The position numbers and the translations under genes are program-made. From Tagaea sp. (GTDB lineage: Bacteria > Pseudomonadota > Alphaproteobacteria > CACIAM-22H2): a stretch of DNA of 64,000 bases. Positions 1 through 13,231 of this stretch are shown here, one piece after another (position 1 is the first letter of the stretch; every line of letters starts with the position of its first letter). The stretch is taken from NCBI GenBank assembly GCA_965279525.1, contig CBDIIB010000002.1:192001-256000 (forward strand), read 5' to 3'. Below the pieces are notes generated by a model, which was not told where the DNA came from, did not search any database, and was given only the letters and a program-made list of their open reading frames with translations.

Positions 1-1021
1 GGCTCGCCGGCCGGCGCTGCGGATAGCCGGTCCCGTCGAGCTTCTCGTGGTGGGCGCGCGCCCAGTCGGCGATCCGCGACATGCCCGGGATGCGCTCGAG
101 GAGCGTGCCGGTGTGGTAGGCGTGGCTGCGCACGCTGCCGAATTCGGCGGCCGTCAGGCCGGCCGGCTTTTCGATGATTTCGCTGGGCACGGCCAGCTTG
201 CCGATGTCGTGCAGCTGGGCCGCGACTTCGATCTGCATGGCTTCGGCCGTGTCGAACCCGGTCATGGTCGCGAGGATCGAGGCGACGGAAGCGACACCCC
301 ACGAGTGGGTCGCGGTGAACGGCGAGCGGGCGTCGACGATAACCGAGTAGAGGCGTCCGAAATCCTGGAGGCCGTCGATGTCCGCGATCGCCCCCGATTC
401 GCCGGCGAGGCGCGCACGGATGCGCGCGTCGAGGTCGATGCTGGAGGCGTCGAGCCAGAAGGAGTCGGCTTCGCTGGCGCGAAGGAACGCGTCGGCAAGG
501 GACGGGTCGAGATGGGCGTGCGCGTGGGCGGCCGCGTCGGCGCGCCTTGCGGCGACCTGGGAGAGGATGAAGGCGGCCGGATCGACGCTGTCGTCGATGA
601 AGTTCGCGAGATTGAGGACCTGGGAAAGCAGTGCGTCGGGGGCGCGCAGCGTGCCGTAGTCGCGCAGGCGCGCCAGCGGCTCGCGATAGCAGGCGACGAG
701 CGGTGCTAGCCGGCGGGTCAGCGGCGAGATCTCGAGGAATCGCGCCCCCGTCTCGGACCGGTTCTTCCAGTTTTCGCGACTGAGCGCGCCGACGCTGTGC
801 AGGAGCCCGGCCTGCATCACGCGGGCGATCTCGCCGTCGGCAAGGCCGAGTTCCTTGGCAAGATTGGCGGCGATGATCGCCACCCGTTTCTGGTGGGCGC
901 CGAGGACGGGGTCGAGCAAGTCGATCGCCGCCCCGAGCGCGAAGATCAGTTCGATCCGCGGGACTTCGAGTGTCCGGGCCTGCGGAACGAGAAACCGGTG
1001 AGCGGGGGACATCACGTTCAT
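1..1021 (-). CDS. Tandem HD / HD-GYP domain cyclic dinucleotide phosphodiesterase (3' end outside window)
   Basis: Not in the ORF track; manual minus-strand translation from ATG 1021: MNVMSPAHRF...AHQKRVA...LLHSVG...THSWGVA...QLHDIGKLAVPSEIIEKPAGL...HHEKLDGTGYP. Confidence 0.9.
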   Translation of the reverse strand, partial: MNVMSPAHRFLVPQARTLEVPRIELIFALGAAIDLLDPVLGAHQKRVAIIAANLAKELGLADGEIARVMQAGLLHSVGALSRENWKNRSETGARFLEISPLTRRLAPLVACYREPLARLRDYGTLRAPDALLSQVLNLANFIDDSVDPAAFILSQVAARRADAAAHAHAHLDPSLADAFLRASEADSFWLDASSIDLDARIRARLAGESGAIADIDGLQDFGRLYSVIVDARSPFTATHSWGVASVASILATMTGFDTAEAMQIEVAAQLHDIGKLAVPSEIIEKPAGLTAAEFGSVRSHAYHTGTLLERIPGMSRIADWARAHHEKLDGTGYPQRRPAS

Positions 1022-1228
1022 GTGCCGGGGGCCTGTCGGGTTGATGCAAACCGATTGACGATGTTGCACCCACGCTATCAGCGGCCCGTGCGGCTAATCC
1101 TGCGGTAGATCAATTGTAGTCAGAAACAATTCAATGATTTCAATTACGACGCGAGATTTTGAGGAGATTGTTTGGTTAATTTTTAAGTAAGTATTTCAAC
1201 GACAGGTTCACCCGCCGATCGGGATCCG

Positions 1229-1834
1229 TCACGCGCCCGGCGGTGTCTGTCCGCTTTGCGCCTGGACGCGCGCGGCATGCTTCTTGGCCTTGCGGTGCAT
1301 GAAAACCGAAAGGCAGATCACCGTCGTGAACAGGCACAGCATGCCGAGCTTGAAGGCAAGCGCCACGTCCTTGATCAGGTGCTGGAAGGCGGCACCGAAG
1401 AGGTAGCCGGCACCCGCGAACGTGCAGGCCCATACGCCGGCCGCGATGAAATTCAGGATCATGAAGCGCGGCCAGTAGATGCCGCTCATGCCGCAGGCGA
1501 ACGAACTGAAGTTCCGCACGACATAGATGAAGCGGAAACTGAGGATGAACCAGGTGTCGAACCGCCGCAGCCAGGTGAGGGCGAGGTCGGTGCCGGCCCG
1601 CATCTTCGGGAAGCGCGTGACCAGCCGCTCGCCATAGCGCCGGCCGAGGAAGAAATAGAGATTGTCGCCGCAGAAGCTGCCGATCCATGCGCAGGCGATC
1701 AGGTAATCGAGCCGCAGGATGCCGAGCTGGGCCGCGAATCCGGCGAAGATCACGAACGTTTCGCCTTCGAGGAACGTCCAGAAGAACGTGATCACGTAGA
1801 ACCACGTTCCGTGGCTTTCGATCCATTCGATCAT
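1229..1834 (-). CDS. DedA/VTT family membrane protein
   Basis: FLEGETFVIFAG, GDNLYFFLGR and RFIYVVR motifs; likely start MIEWIESHG at 1834. Confidence 0.88.
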   Translation of the reverse strand: MIEWIESHGTWFYVITFFWTFLEGETFVIFAGFAAQLGILRLDYLIACAWIGSFCGDNLYFFLGRRYGERLVTRFPKMRAGTDLALTWLRRFDTWFILSFRFIYVVRNFSSFACGMSGIYWPRFMILNFIAAGVWACTFAGAGYLFGAAFQHLIKDVALAFKLGMLCLFTTVICLSVFMHRKAKKHAARVQAQSGQTPPGA

Positions 1835-1991
1835 CGGCGGATTCGCATGCGGGGGTCGGGACAGCCGGAAACGAGGTTGGCGGAACAAGGCAGGGGGCGC
1901 ATCCTATGCAGCGTGTCCCCCGCCTGTCCACCACGCCGGAAAACTGCCGGATTGGACTAAATAACTGTCCGGGCATGCGGTTTCGGACGGG

Positions 1992-2020
1992 TTGACAGGG
2001 GGGCGGTGCGCCCGTATGGT
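1992..2020 (+). promoter_or_regulatory. sigma70-type promoter of rpmJ
   Basis: TTGACA-N17-TATGGT upstream of rpmJ. Confidence 0.7.
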
Positions 2021-2085
2021 CGCGCCTCTTTTCGGCCGGGGTGTCCCGGGCGGAGCCAATTTCAGCCACCGGGACCCGTCGTATC

Positions 2086-2211
2086 ATGAAGGTCGTGAAT
2101 TCCCTCAAGTCGGCCAAGAAGCGCGACAAGGACTGCAAGATCGTCCGTCGCAAGGGTCGCGTCTACGTCATCAACAAGAAGAACCCCCGTTTCAAGGCCC
2201 GCCAGGGCTGA
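2086..2211 (+). CDS. rpmJ: 50S ribosomal protein L36, type B (non-zinc)
   Basis: Manual translation [41 protein letters not shown] (41 aa, below ORF-track cutoff). Confidence 0.97.
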   Translation: MKVVNSLKSAKKRDKDCKIVRRKGRVYVINKKNPRFKARQG

Positions 2212-2238
2212 TCAGGCTTCTTCTTCGCCGTGGATCTG

Positions 2239-2272
2239 AAACCGCGCCGGCCCTGCCGGCGCGGTTTTTCTT
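2239..2272 (+). terminator. Intrinsic terminator after rpmJ
   Basis: AAACCGCGCCGG-CCCTG-CCGGCGCGGTTT hairpin followed by a T-rich tract. Confidence 0.85.
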
Positions 2273-2332
2273 TGTGGCATGCGTGTGCGGCGGCACCCTA
2301 AAGTCGGGGCGGTTTTCCCGGGAGCGAACCCC

Positions 2333-3823
2333 ATGCTGACCATGCCGGCTCCGGATCGCGCCGTGCTCGACCGGCGCGCGCAGATCGTCGCCGACCTGCG
2401 CGAAATCGTGCCCGGCGAGGGTGTCATCGACGCGCTCGAGGAACGCCGCGCCTTCGAAAGCGACGGGCTCAGCATCTATCGCGCCATTCCCATGGTCGTG
2501 GTCCTGCCGTCGACCGTGGCGCAGGTTTGCGCGATCCTGAAGTACTGCCAGGCCGGCAACATCCGCGTCGTTCCGCGCGGGGCGGGAACCGGGCTTTCGG
2601 GCGGCGCCCTGCCGCTGGAAGACGGCGTGCTTCTCGGCATGGCCAAGTTCAACAAGGTGCTCGACATCGACTTCGCCAACCGCTGTGCCCGCGTGCAGCC
2701 GGGGGTGACCAATCTCGGCATCACGCAGGCAGTACAACATGCGGGCTTCTATTACGCGCCCGATCCGTCCTCGCAGATCGCCTGCACGATCGGCGGCAAT
2801 GTCGCGGAGAATTCGGGTGGCGTGCACTGCCTCAAATACGGCCTCACCACCAACAACGTGCTCGGCGTGGAACTCGTCACGATGGCGGGCGACGTGGTGC
2901 GCCTCGGCGGCAAGCATCTGGATGCCGGCGGTTACGACCTGCTCGGCGTGATCGTGGGTTCCGAAGGGCTGCTGGGCGTCGTCACCGAAGTGACCGTGCG
3001 CCTGCTGCGCAAGCCCGAGACCGCGCGCGCCGTGCTCGTGGGCTTCCCCACGCTGGAAGACGGCGGCAACTGCGTTGCCCAGATCATCGCCGAAGGCATC
3101 GTGCCGGGCGGGATCGAGATGATGGACAAGCCGGCCATCCACGCGGCCGAGGCGTTCGTCAACGCGGGCTACCCGCTCGACGTCGAGAGCCTGCTGATCG
3201 TCGAACTGGACGGGCCGAAGGCCGAAGTGGACGAACTCATCGCCGCGGTCGACCGCATCGCGCGCGAGAACAACGCCGTGTCGAGCCGCATTTCGGAGTC
3301 CGACGAGGAGCGCATGCGTTTCTGGGCCGGCCGCAAGGCGGCCTTCCCGGCGGTCGGGCGCATCAGCCCGGACTATATGTGCATGGACGGCACGATCCCG
3401 CGAAAGCGGCTGGCCGAAGTGCTGCGCGGCATTTCCGACATCGCGAAGCGCCACGGCGTGGGTGTTGCCAACGTCTTTCATGCCGGCGACGGCAACCTGC
3501 ATCCGCTGATCCTGTTCGACGCCAACAAGGACGGCGAGCTGATGGCGGCCGAAGCGTGCGGTGCCGACATCCTGCGCCTGTGCGTGGAAGTGGGCGGCGT
3601 GCTCACCGGCGAGCATGGCGTGGGCATCGAGAAACGCGACCTGATGCCCACGATGTTCGACGAGGACGACCTCGCCACGCAGATGCGCCTCAAATGCGCG
3701 TTCGACCCGGCGGCACTCCTCAACCCCGGCAAGGTCTTCCCGCAGCTCCATCGCTGTGCGGAGATGGGGAAGATGCGCGTGCACAAGGGTCAGGTTCCGT
3801 TCCCGAACCTGCCGCGGTTCTGA
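2333..3823 (+). CDS. glcD: Glycolate oxidase FAD-linked subunit
   Basis: PRGAGTGLSGG, PDPSSQIACTIGGN, HAGDGNLHP and GEHGVG motifs; start MLTMPAPD. Confidence 0.93.
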   Translation: MLTMPAPDRAVLDRRAQIVADLREIVPGEGVIDALEERRAFESDGLSIYRAIPMVVVLPSTVAQVCAILKYCQAGNIRVVPRGAGTGLSGGALPLEDGVLLGMAKFNKVLDIDFANRCARVQPGVTNLGITQAVQHAGFYYAPDPSSQIACTIGGNVAENSGGVHCLKYGLTTNNVLGVELVTMAGDVVRLGGKHLDAGGYDLLGVIVGSEGLLGVVTEVTVRLLRKPETARAVLVGFPTLEDGGNCVAQIIAEGIVPGGIEMMDKPAIHAAEAFVNAGYPLDVESLLIVELDGPKAEVDELIAAVDRIARENNAVSSRISESDEERMRFWAGRKAAFPAVGRISPDYMCMDGTIPRKRLAEVLRGISDIAKRHGVGVANVFHAGDGNLHPLILFDANKDGELMAAEACGADILRLCVEVGGVLTGEHGVGIEKRDLMPTMFDEDDLATQMRLKCAFDPAALLNPGKVFPQLHRCAEMGKMRVHKGQVPFPNLPRF

Positions 3824-3828
3824 ACGCG

Positions 3829-5031
3829 ATGGTCCTGAAGCCGACGAACGCCACCGAGCTATGCGATGCCGTCGCCTGGGCCGCTGCCGAGGGCGAGGCG
3901 CTCGAGATCGTCGGGACCGGCTCGAAGGCCGGCCTAGGCCGGCCGGTGCGACCGGCGCGCAGGCTCGACGTGTCGGCGCTTTCGGGTAGCATCGAGTACG
4001 AGCCCGAAGAACTCGTCCTCACCTGCGGGGCGGCCACGCCGATGCGCGAGATCCTGCTGCTGCTCGAACAGCGCGCGCAGATGCTCGCCTTCGAGCCGCC
4101 GGATTTCGGCGCACTCTACGGGCTTGCACCCGAGGGCGGGACGATCGGCGGGGCGCTCGCCGCCAATCTCGCCGGCCCGCGCCGGATCAAGATGGGTTCG
4201 GCGCGCGACCATTTCCTCGGCTTCTCGGGCGTGTCTGGACGCGGCGAGGAGTTCAAGGCCGGCGGGCGCGTGGTCAAGAACGTCACCGGCTACGACCTGC
4301 CCAAGCTGATTGCCGGCTCGATGGGCACGCTTGCCGTGCTCGACCGCGTGACGGTCAAGGTGATGCCGGCGGCCCCCAAGACACGCACGGTGCTGGTCTT
4401 CGGCCTCGATCCGGCAAAAGCCGTCGTCGCGATGTCAGATGCGCTCAACAGCCCGTGGGAAGTGTCGGGTGCCGCCTATCTGCCGGCACAAGTCGCGAAG
4501 CGCTCGGGCGTCGATCACGTGTCGGGTGCCGCTGCCAGCGTCACCGCGATCCGCGTCGAGGGCACGGCCGTGTCGGTCGCGGCACGCTGCGAAGCGCTGC
4601 GCGTCAGCCTCGGCGCGTTCGGCCCGGTCGAGGAGCTGCACTCGCTGCGCACCGTCAGGCTCTGGCGCGAGATCCGCGACGTGGCCCCGCTGCTGCCCGA
4701 TGCCGCGCGCGCGATGTGGCGCGTATCGGTTGCCCCCACGCAAGGCCCCGCCGCCGCCGCCAGCGTGCCGGATGCCGACTGGTTCCTCGACTGGGGCGGC
4801 GGCCTCGTGTGGCTCGCCGTGCCTGCGACCGGCGACGCCGGTGGCGCGAAGCTGCGCGCGGCTTACGCCGAAGGCCACGCGACCCTGATGCGCGCATCCG
4901 ACGAACTGCGCGCCCGCGTGCCTGTGTTCCAGCCCGCGGCACCGGGTGTCGCCGCACTCAACAAGGGTGTGAAGGCGCAGTTCGATCCGCGCGGCATCCT
5001 CAATCCCGGCCGCATGTTCGAGGGGTTCTGA
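3829..5031 (+). CDS. glcE: Glycolate oxidase subunit GlcE
   Basis: YEPEELVLT, GGRVVKNVTGYDL, DWGGGLVW, FDPRGILNPGR; lies between glcD and glcF. Confidence 0.92.
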   Translation: MVLKPTNATELCDAVAWAAAEGEALEIVGTGSKAGLGRPVRPARRLDVSALSGSIEYEPEELVLTCGAATPMREILLLLEQRAQMLAFEPPDFGALYGLAPEGGTIGGALAANLAGPRRIKMGSARDHFLGFSGVSGRGEEFKAGGRVVKNVTGYDLPKLIAGSMGTLAVLDRVTVKVMPAAPKTRTVLVFGLDPAKAVVAMSDALNSPWEVSGAAYLPAQVAKRSGVDHVSGAAASVTAIRVEGTAVSVAARCEALRVSLGAFGPVEELHSLRTVRLWREIRDVAPLLPDAARAMWRVSVAPTQGPAAAASVPDADWFLDWGGGLVWLAVPATGDAGGAKLRAAYAEGHATLMRASDELRARVPVFQPAAPGVAALNKGVKAQFDPRGILNPGRMFEGF

Positions 5032-5038
5032 GCGCGCG

Positions 5039-6337
5039 ATGCAGACCAGCTTCACCCTTGCCCAGCTTGCCGACGCGGACACGCGCGAGTCCGAGACGAT
5101 CCTGCGCAAGTGCGTGCATTGCGGCTTCTGCACGGCGACGTGCCCGACCTATGTGCTGCTGGGCGACGAGCTCGATAGCCCGCGCGGGCGCATCTACCTG
5201 ATCAAGGACATGCTCGAGAAGGGGCGTGCCGCGGACGCGCGCACGGTCAAGCATGTCGACCGGTGCCTGTCGTGCCTGTCGTGCATGACGACGTGCCCGT
5301 CGGGCGTCAACTACATGCATCTCGTCGATCACGCGCGTGCGCACATCGAAGAGACCTTCGTGCGCCCGTGGCACGAGCGGCTGCTGCGAAACGTGCTCGC
5401 TTACGTGCTGCCGAGCCCGGCCCGGTTCCGCGTGGCGCTGGTGGGCGCCATGCTCGCGCGCCCGTTCGCGTTCCTGCTGCCGAAGACCGGGCCGTTCGTG
5501 CGGCTGCGCGCCATGCTGGCGATGGCGCCGGCGAACATCCCGTCGCCTTCGAACGTGGACCTGCCGCAGGTCTTTCCGGCGCAAGGGCCGTTGCGCAAGC
5601 GTGTGGCGATCCTGCAGGGCTGCGCGCAGCAGGTGCTCGCTCCGCAGATCAACGAGGCGACGATCCGGCTGCTGACGCGGCTGGGCTGCGAGGTTTCGGT
5701 CGCACAGGGGTCGGGCTGCTGCGGGGCGCTGACGCACCACATGGGCAAGCTCGACGCGAGCCACGCCTCGGCGGCCGCCAATATCCGCGCATGGATGAAG
5801 CTCGGCGACGGGCAGGGGCCGGATGCCGTCGTCGTCAACGCGTCGGGCTGCGGCACGACGGTCAAGGATTACGGCTTCATGTTCCGCGAGGATGCGGAAC
5901 TCAAAGGCCCGGCCGCCGAGATCTCGAAGCGCACGCGCGACGTCAGCGAACTGCTGGCCGAACTGGGCGTCGTGGCGCAGGCGCCCGAGAAGCTCGCGGT
6001 CGCCTACCATTCGGCCTGCTCGCTCCAGCACGGGCAGAAGCTGGGGGCGGTCCCGCGCAAGCTGCTCGTCGATGCGGGTTTCGACGTGCGCGATCCGGCC
6101 GAGGGGCATCTGTGCTGCGGCTCGGCCGGCACCTACAACCTGATGCAGCCCGAACTTGCCGGCCAGTTGCAGGCGCGCAAGGTGGCGAACCTGAAGGCGA
6201 CGGGGGCCACGCTCGTCGCGGCCGGCAACATCGGCTGCATGGCACAGATCGCGGCAGCCGCCGACATGCCCGTCGTGCACACGGTCGAACTCATCGACTG
6301 GACCACCGGCGGACCGAAGCCGGCGGCACTCGCCTAA
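5039..6337 (+). CDS. glcF: Glycolate oxidase iron-sulfur subunit
   Basis: CVHCGFCTATCP and CLSCLSCMTTCP ferredoxin motifs plus two CCG domains. Confidence 0.95.
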   Translation: MQTSFTLAQLADADTRESETILRKCVHCGFCTATCPTYVLLGDELDSPRGRIYLIKDMLEKGRAADARTVKHVDRCLSCLSCMTTCPSGVNYMHLVDHARAHIEETFVRPWHERLLRNVLAYVLPSPARFRVALVGAMLARPFAFLLPKTGPFVRLRAMLAMAPANIPSPSNVDLPQVFPAQGPLRKRVAILQGCAQQVLAPQINEATIRLLTRLGCEVSVAQGSGCCGALTHHMGKLDASHASAAANIRAWMKLGDGQGPDAVVVNASGCGTTVKDYGFMFREDAELKGPAAEISKRTRDVSELLAELGVVAQAPEKLAVAYHSACSLQHGQKLGAVPRKLLVDAGFDVRDPAEGHLCCGSAGTYNLMQPELAGQLQARKVANLKATGATLVAAGNIGCMAQIAAAADMPVVHTVELIDWTTGGPKPAALA

Positions 6338-6891
6338 CCCAGCAGCCGCGCCTCGACGCGCGCCAAAGCACCTGCGAACACGCGCGGATCGTCGGCCGCG
6401 CGCGCCAGCACCATGGCCCCCTGGATGGACGCGATCGCGTCGACCGCCTCGGTCCGAGCGGCGGCGGGGCCGCGACCGGCGACGACCAGCACGCGCGCCA
6501 GTGCTTCGATCCAGACTTGGAAATGTTTGCGTAAGGTCGGCGCGAACCGGTCGCGCGTGTCGTCGAGCGCGAAGAGCGCGAATGCGCACACGCGCTTGCC
6601 GGATTTCTGGTGCGCCTCGACGGCCCGGCACATCTCGCGGATCGAGCGGCGCGGATCGCCGGGATGGTTGAGCGGCCCCAGCACCTCGACCGCGAACCAC
6701 GCGTCGATTTCGGCGAGCACGGCCTCGGCCATCTCCGCCTTGCCGCGCGGGAAGAAGTGATAAAGCGAGCCCTTGCCAAGCCCGGTCGCGCGCCCGATGG
6801 CGCCGAGACTTGCCCCGGCATAGCCATGCGTGCGGAACACCTCGGCGAGCCTGGGCAGCAGGTCGGCGCGTTCGGCGATCTGGCGGGTCAT
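6334..6891 (-). CDS. TetR/AcrR family transcriptional regulator
   Basis: N-terminal HTH (FRTHGYAGASL...GKGSLYHFFPRGK); likely start MTRQIAE. Confidence 0.9.
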   Translation of the reverse strand: MTRQIAERADLLPRLAEVFRTHGYAGASLGAIGRATGLGKGSLYHFFPRGKAEMAEAVLAEIDAWFAVEVLGPLNHPGDPRRSIREMCRAVEAHQKSGKRVCAFALFALDDTRDRFAPTLRKHFQVWIEALARVLVVAGRGPAAARTEAVDAIASIQGAMVLARAADDPRVFAGALARVEARLLG

Positions 6892-6909
6892 GCGGGTCCT
6901 GTAGCAAAT

Positions 6910-6924
6910 GGTACAGACTGTACC
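6910..6924. promoter_or_regulatory. Palindromic operator, likely TetR autoregulation site
   Basis: Perfect inverted repeat GGTACAG-A-CTGTACC about 19 bp upstream of the TetR start. Confidence 0.65.
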
Positions 6925-7090
6925 GAATGGATAACAAAATGATGACGGATTCGCCATCCGATTCGGCAGCGCCAGTGCATGCGGGATGAATATCCGTTCT
7001 GGAACAGAGTGTTATACGCCCCGAGAGCGGGGTTGACCCGCCGGCACGCGTGCCCCTAGACCCATGCCGGTTTCATCGACGGGGGCTTCC

Positions 7091-8272
7091 ATGACCGCAC
7101 GCAAACGCCCGACACCGAATACCCCGCCTGCGGGTGCCACCGCCGCTCTCGCCCTTTCCGACGGCACCGTCTTCTGGGGTCACGGTATCGGGGCGCCGGC
7201 GAAGAAGACCGGCGAGGTGTGCTTCAACACCTCGATCACCGGCTATCAGGAAATCCTGACCGATCCGTCCTATGCCGGGCAGATCATCACCTTCACCTTC
7301 CCGCATGTCGGCAATGTCGGCACGAACGAGGAAGACATCGAGACAGTGACACCCGCCGCTCTCGGTCTCGTGCTGCGCGCCGACGTGACACAACCCTCGA
7401 ACTTCCGCGCCACGCGCCATCTCGACGCGTGGCTGAAGTCGAACGGCCTGCCCGGCATCACCGGCGTGGATACGCGCGCGTTGACGCGCCACATCCGCGA
7501 CACCGGTGCACCGAGCGGCACGCTGGTGCACGCCCCCGACGGCAAGCTCGACGCGGCTGCACTGGTCGCCGAAGCCAAGGCGTGGCCCGGCCTCGAAGGC
7601 ATGGATCTCGCCAGGGAAGTGACCACGCGCCAGTCCTATTCGTGGGACGAGACGGCGTGGGTTCTGGGCAAAGGCTACGGCAAGCTTTCCAAGCCGCGCT
7701 TCAACGTCGTCGCGGTCGACTATGGCGCCAAGCGCAACATCCTGCGCTGCCTCGCCCAGGCCGGCTGCAAGGTGACGGTCGTGCCCGCGTCCGCAACGGC
7801 CGACGACATCCTGCGCCACAAGCCCGATGGCGTGTTCCTGTCCAACGGCCCCGGCGATCCGGCGGCGACGGGCGTGTACGCCGTTCCCACGATCAAGGCG
7901 CTGCTCGACAAGCGCGTGCCGATCTTCGGCATCTGCCTCGGCCACCAGCTTCTGGCACTGGCTCTCGGTGCCAAGACCACGAAGCTGCATCTCGGGCATC
8001 GCGGCGCCAACCATCCCGTGCAGGACATCGAGACCGGCAAGGTCGAGATCACGTCGCAGAACCATGGCTTCGCGGTGCTGCCCGAAACGCTGCCGAAGAA
8101 TGCGGTCGTCACGCACGTGTCGCTGTTCGACAAGACGAACGAAGGCCTGCGCTGCACCGACCGCCCGGCCTTCTCGGTCCAGTACCACCCCGAAGCAAGC
8201 CCCGGCCCGCAGGACGCGCACTACCTGTTCGAGCGGTTCACCACCCTGATGGCCAACCCGAAGGCAGCCTGA
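7091..8272 (+). CDS. carA: Carbamoyl-phosphate synthase small subunit
   Basis: [45 protein letters not shown]; alternative start 7064. Confidence 0.97.
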   Translation: MTARKRPTPNTPPAGATAALALSDGTVFWGHGIGAPAKKTGEVCFNTSITGYQEILTDPSYAGQIITFTFPHVGNVGTNEEDIETVTPAALGLVLRADVTQPSNFRATRHLDAWLKSNGLPGITGVDTRALTRHIRDTGAPSGTLVHAPDGKLDAAALVAEAKAWPGLEGMDLAREVTTRQSYSWDETAWVLGKGYGKLSKPRFNVVAVDYGAKRNILRCLAQAGCKVTVVPASATADDILRHKPDGVFLSNGPGDPAATGVYAVPTIKALLDKRVPIFGICLGHQLLALALGAKTTKLHLGHRGANHPVQDIETGKVEITSQNHGFAVLPETLPKNAVVTHVSLFDKTNEGLRCTDRPAFSVQYHPEASPGPQDAHYLFERFTTLMANPKAA

Positions 8273-8276
8273 TCTC

Positions 8277-11528
<3,252 letters not shown>

Positions 11529-11659
11529 CGGCAACCCCCGAGCAACGCGGGTCATGCAGGACGGCCGATCCCAACCGGGTCGCCGAGGCTGGATAGCGTT
11601 GCGAAACGGGCGGCTGGCGTCGGAAGCCGGAGGAGAGACGGAGTTCGAGTACGGGCACG

Positions 11660-12133
11660 ATGGACAAGATTCCGATGACGCGCGAGGGCTACGAGCGCCT
11701 CGAAGCCGAGCTCAAGAACCTCAAGTCGGTCGAGCGGCCGGCCGTGATCCGGGCGATCGCGGAAGCCCGCGACCATGGCGACCTTTCCGAGAACGCCGAG
11801 TATCACGCCGCGCGTGAGCGCCAGTCCTTCATCGAGGGCCGCATCGGCGAGCTCGAGGACAAGGTGAGCCGCGGCGAGATCATCGACGTGGCCTCGCTGA
11901 CCGGCAAGCAGATCAAGTTCGGCGCCAAGGTGACGCTGGCCGACGAGGACACCGACGAGGAGTCGACGTACCAGATCGTCGGCGCCGACGAGGCCGACGT
12001 CGAGAAGGGCCGCATCTCGATCACCTCGCCTCTGTCGCGCGCCCTCATCAACAAGCAGGCGGGCGACAAGGTCGAAGTGACCACGCCGCGCGGCCACAAG
12101 GCCTACGAGATCATCAAGGTCCGCTTCAAGTAG
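11660..12133 (+). CDS. greA: Transcription elongation factor GreA
   Basis: [16 protein letters not shown] and [12 protein letters not shown] motifs. Confidence 0.97.
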   Translation: MDKIPMTREGYERLEAELKNLKSVERPAVIRAIAEARDHGDLSENAEYHAARERQSFIEGRIGELEDKVSRGEIIDVASLTGKQIKFGAKVTLADEDTDEESTYQIVGADEADVEKGRISITSPLSRALINKQAGDKVEVTTPRGHKAYEIIKVRFK

Positions 12134-12152
12134 CGCGCCTGCGAACTCGCGC

Positions 12153-12181
12153 TTGATTTCGCGCGCTGACGCGCGTATACG
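12153..12181 (+). promoter_or_regulatory. Putative sigma70 promoter of the chr operon
   Basis: TTGATT-N17-TATACG about 115 bp upstream of the ATG at 12296. Confidence 0.45.
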
Positions 12182-12295
12182 ATTTTCCGCGCGGGGCCAC
12201 CGGCAGTCGCCCCGCCATTTTCCCAAGACGACCCGCTCGTCCAAGCACTGCCTTTCGGGGGACCCGCACGGGTCCTTGCCGGGAGGTGACGGACG

Positions 12296-13231
12296 ATGAC
12301 GCTTGCCAAATCGACGAACCGCTATTCGATCAAGCCGCTGGGCGCAAAGCCGGAGACCTATCCGGGCTACAGCGAAAAGCTGATCGTCAGCCATTTCGAG
12401 AACAACTATGCGGGTGCCGTGAAGCGGCTCAACGCGATTTCGGCGCGGCTCGAAGCACTCGATCCTGGTGCTGCCGTGTTCGAGTGGAACGGCCTCAAGC
12501 GCGAAGAGGTCGTCGCGTACAACTCGATGCTTCTCCACGAGGTCTATTTCGAGGCGATCGGCGCGCCCGTGCCGCCGCCCGTCGATCTCGCCGCCGCGAT
12601 CGACCGGGATTTCGGTTCGTTCGCGAACTGGCAGCTACGCTTCGCGGCCTGCGCCAAGGCGCTTGCCGGCGGCTCGGGCTGGGTGGTTCTCGTGCGCGAG
12701 AACCGCGACGGCCGCCTTGCCATCCAGTGGAGTGCGGACCACACGATGGGCTTTGCCGGCGCGACGCCGATCCTCGCACTCGACATGTACGAGCACGCCT
12801 ATCACATGGACTACGGTGCCAAGGCGGGCGCTTATGTCGACGCGTATTTCGGCGCGATCGACTGGACGCAGGCTGGCCGCCGCTGGCGCAATGCCGAACC
12901 GGCGAAGAACCCGCATGCGGTGACGCTCGACGACCTCGCGCGGATCGACGGCGTGTTCGTTGATGCGCGGCGCGGCCCCACCTACGCGGCATCGACCGAG
13001 ATCCTGCCCGGCGCGCTCCGCGTCGATCCGGCGGCACCCGACGGGGCCAAGGCGGGCCTGCCGCGCGACCGCGAAATAATCGTCTATTGCGTGCTGGGAT
13101 TCAGCTTCAGCCAGGACACGGCCGCGGCGCTACGCGCGCAAGGCTACCGGGCGCGCTATCTCGACACCGGCATCGCCGGATGGCGCGCGATGGGTAACCC
13201 GCTTGGCTCCAAGAAGGGAGAATCCGCATGA
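12296..13231 (+). CDS. ChrC-like Fe/Mn superoxide dismutase fused to a ChrE-like rhodanese domain
   Basis: SOD ligands IVSHFENNY, LLHEVYF, LDMYEHAY; C-terminal rhodanese DARR...IIVYCVLG...GIAGW; first gene of the chr operon. Confidence 0.85.
   Translation: MTLAKSTNRYSIKPLGAKPETYPGYSEKLIVSHFENNYAGAVKRLNAISARLEALDPGAAVFEWNGLKREEVVAYNSMLLHEVYFEAIGAPVPPPVDLAAAIDRDFGSFANWQLRFAACAKALAGGSGWVVLVRENRDGRLAIQWSADHTMGFAGATPILALDMYEHAYHMDYGAKAGAYVDAYFGAIDWTQAGRRWRNAEPAKNPHAVTLDDLARIDGVFVDARRGPTYAASTEILPGALRVDPAAPDGAKAGLPRDREIIVYCVLGFSFSQDTAAALRAQGYRARYLDTGIAGWRAMGNPLGSKKGESA

Noticed and set aside
47-1108. Plus-strand ORFs 47-709 and 797-1108
   Set aside because: Antisense to the HD-GYP gene, which has clear motifs.
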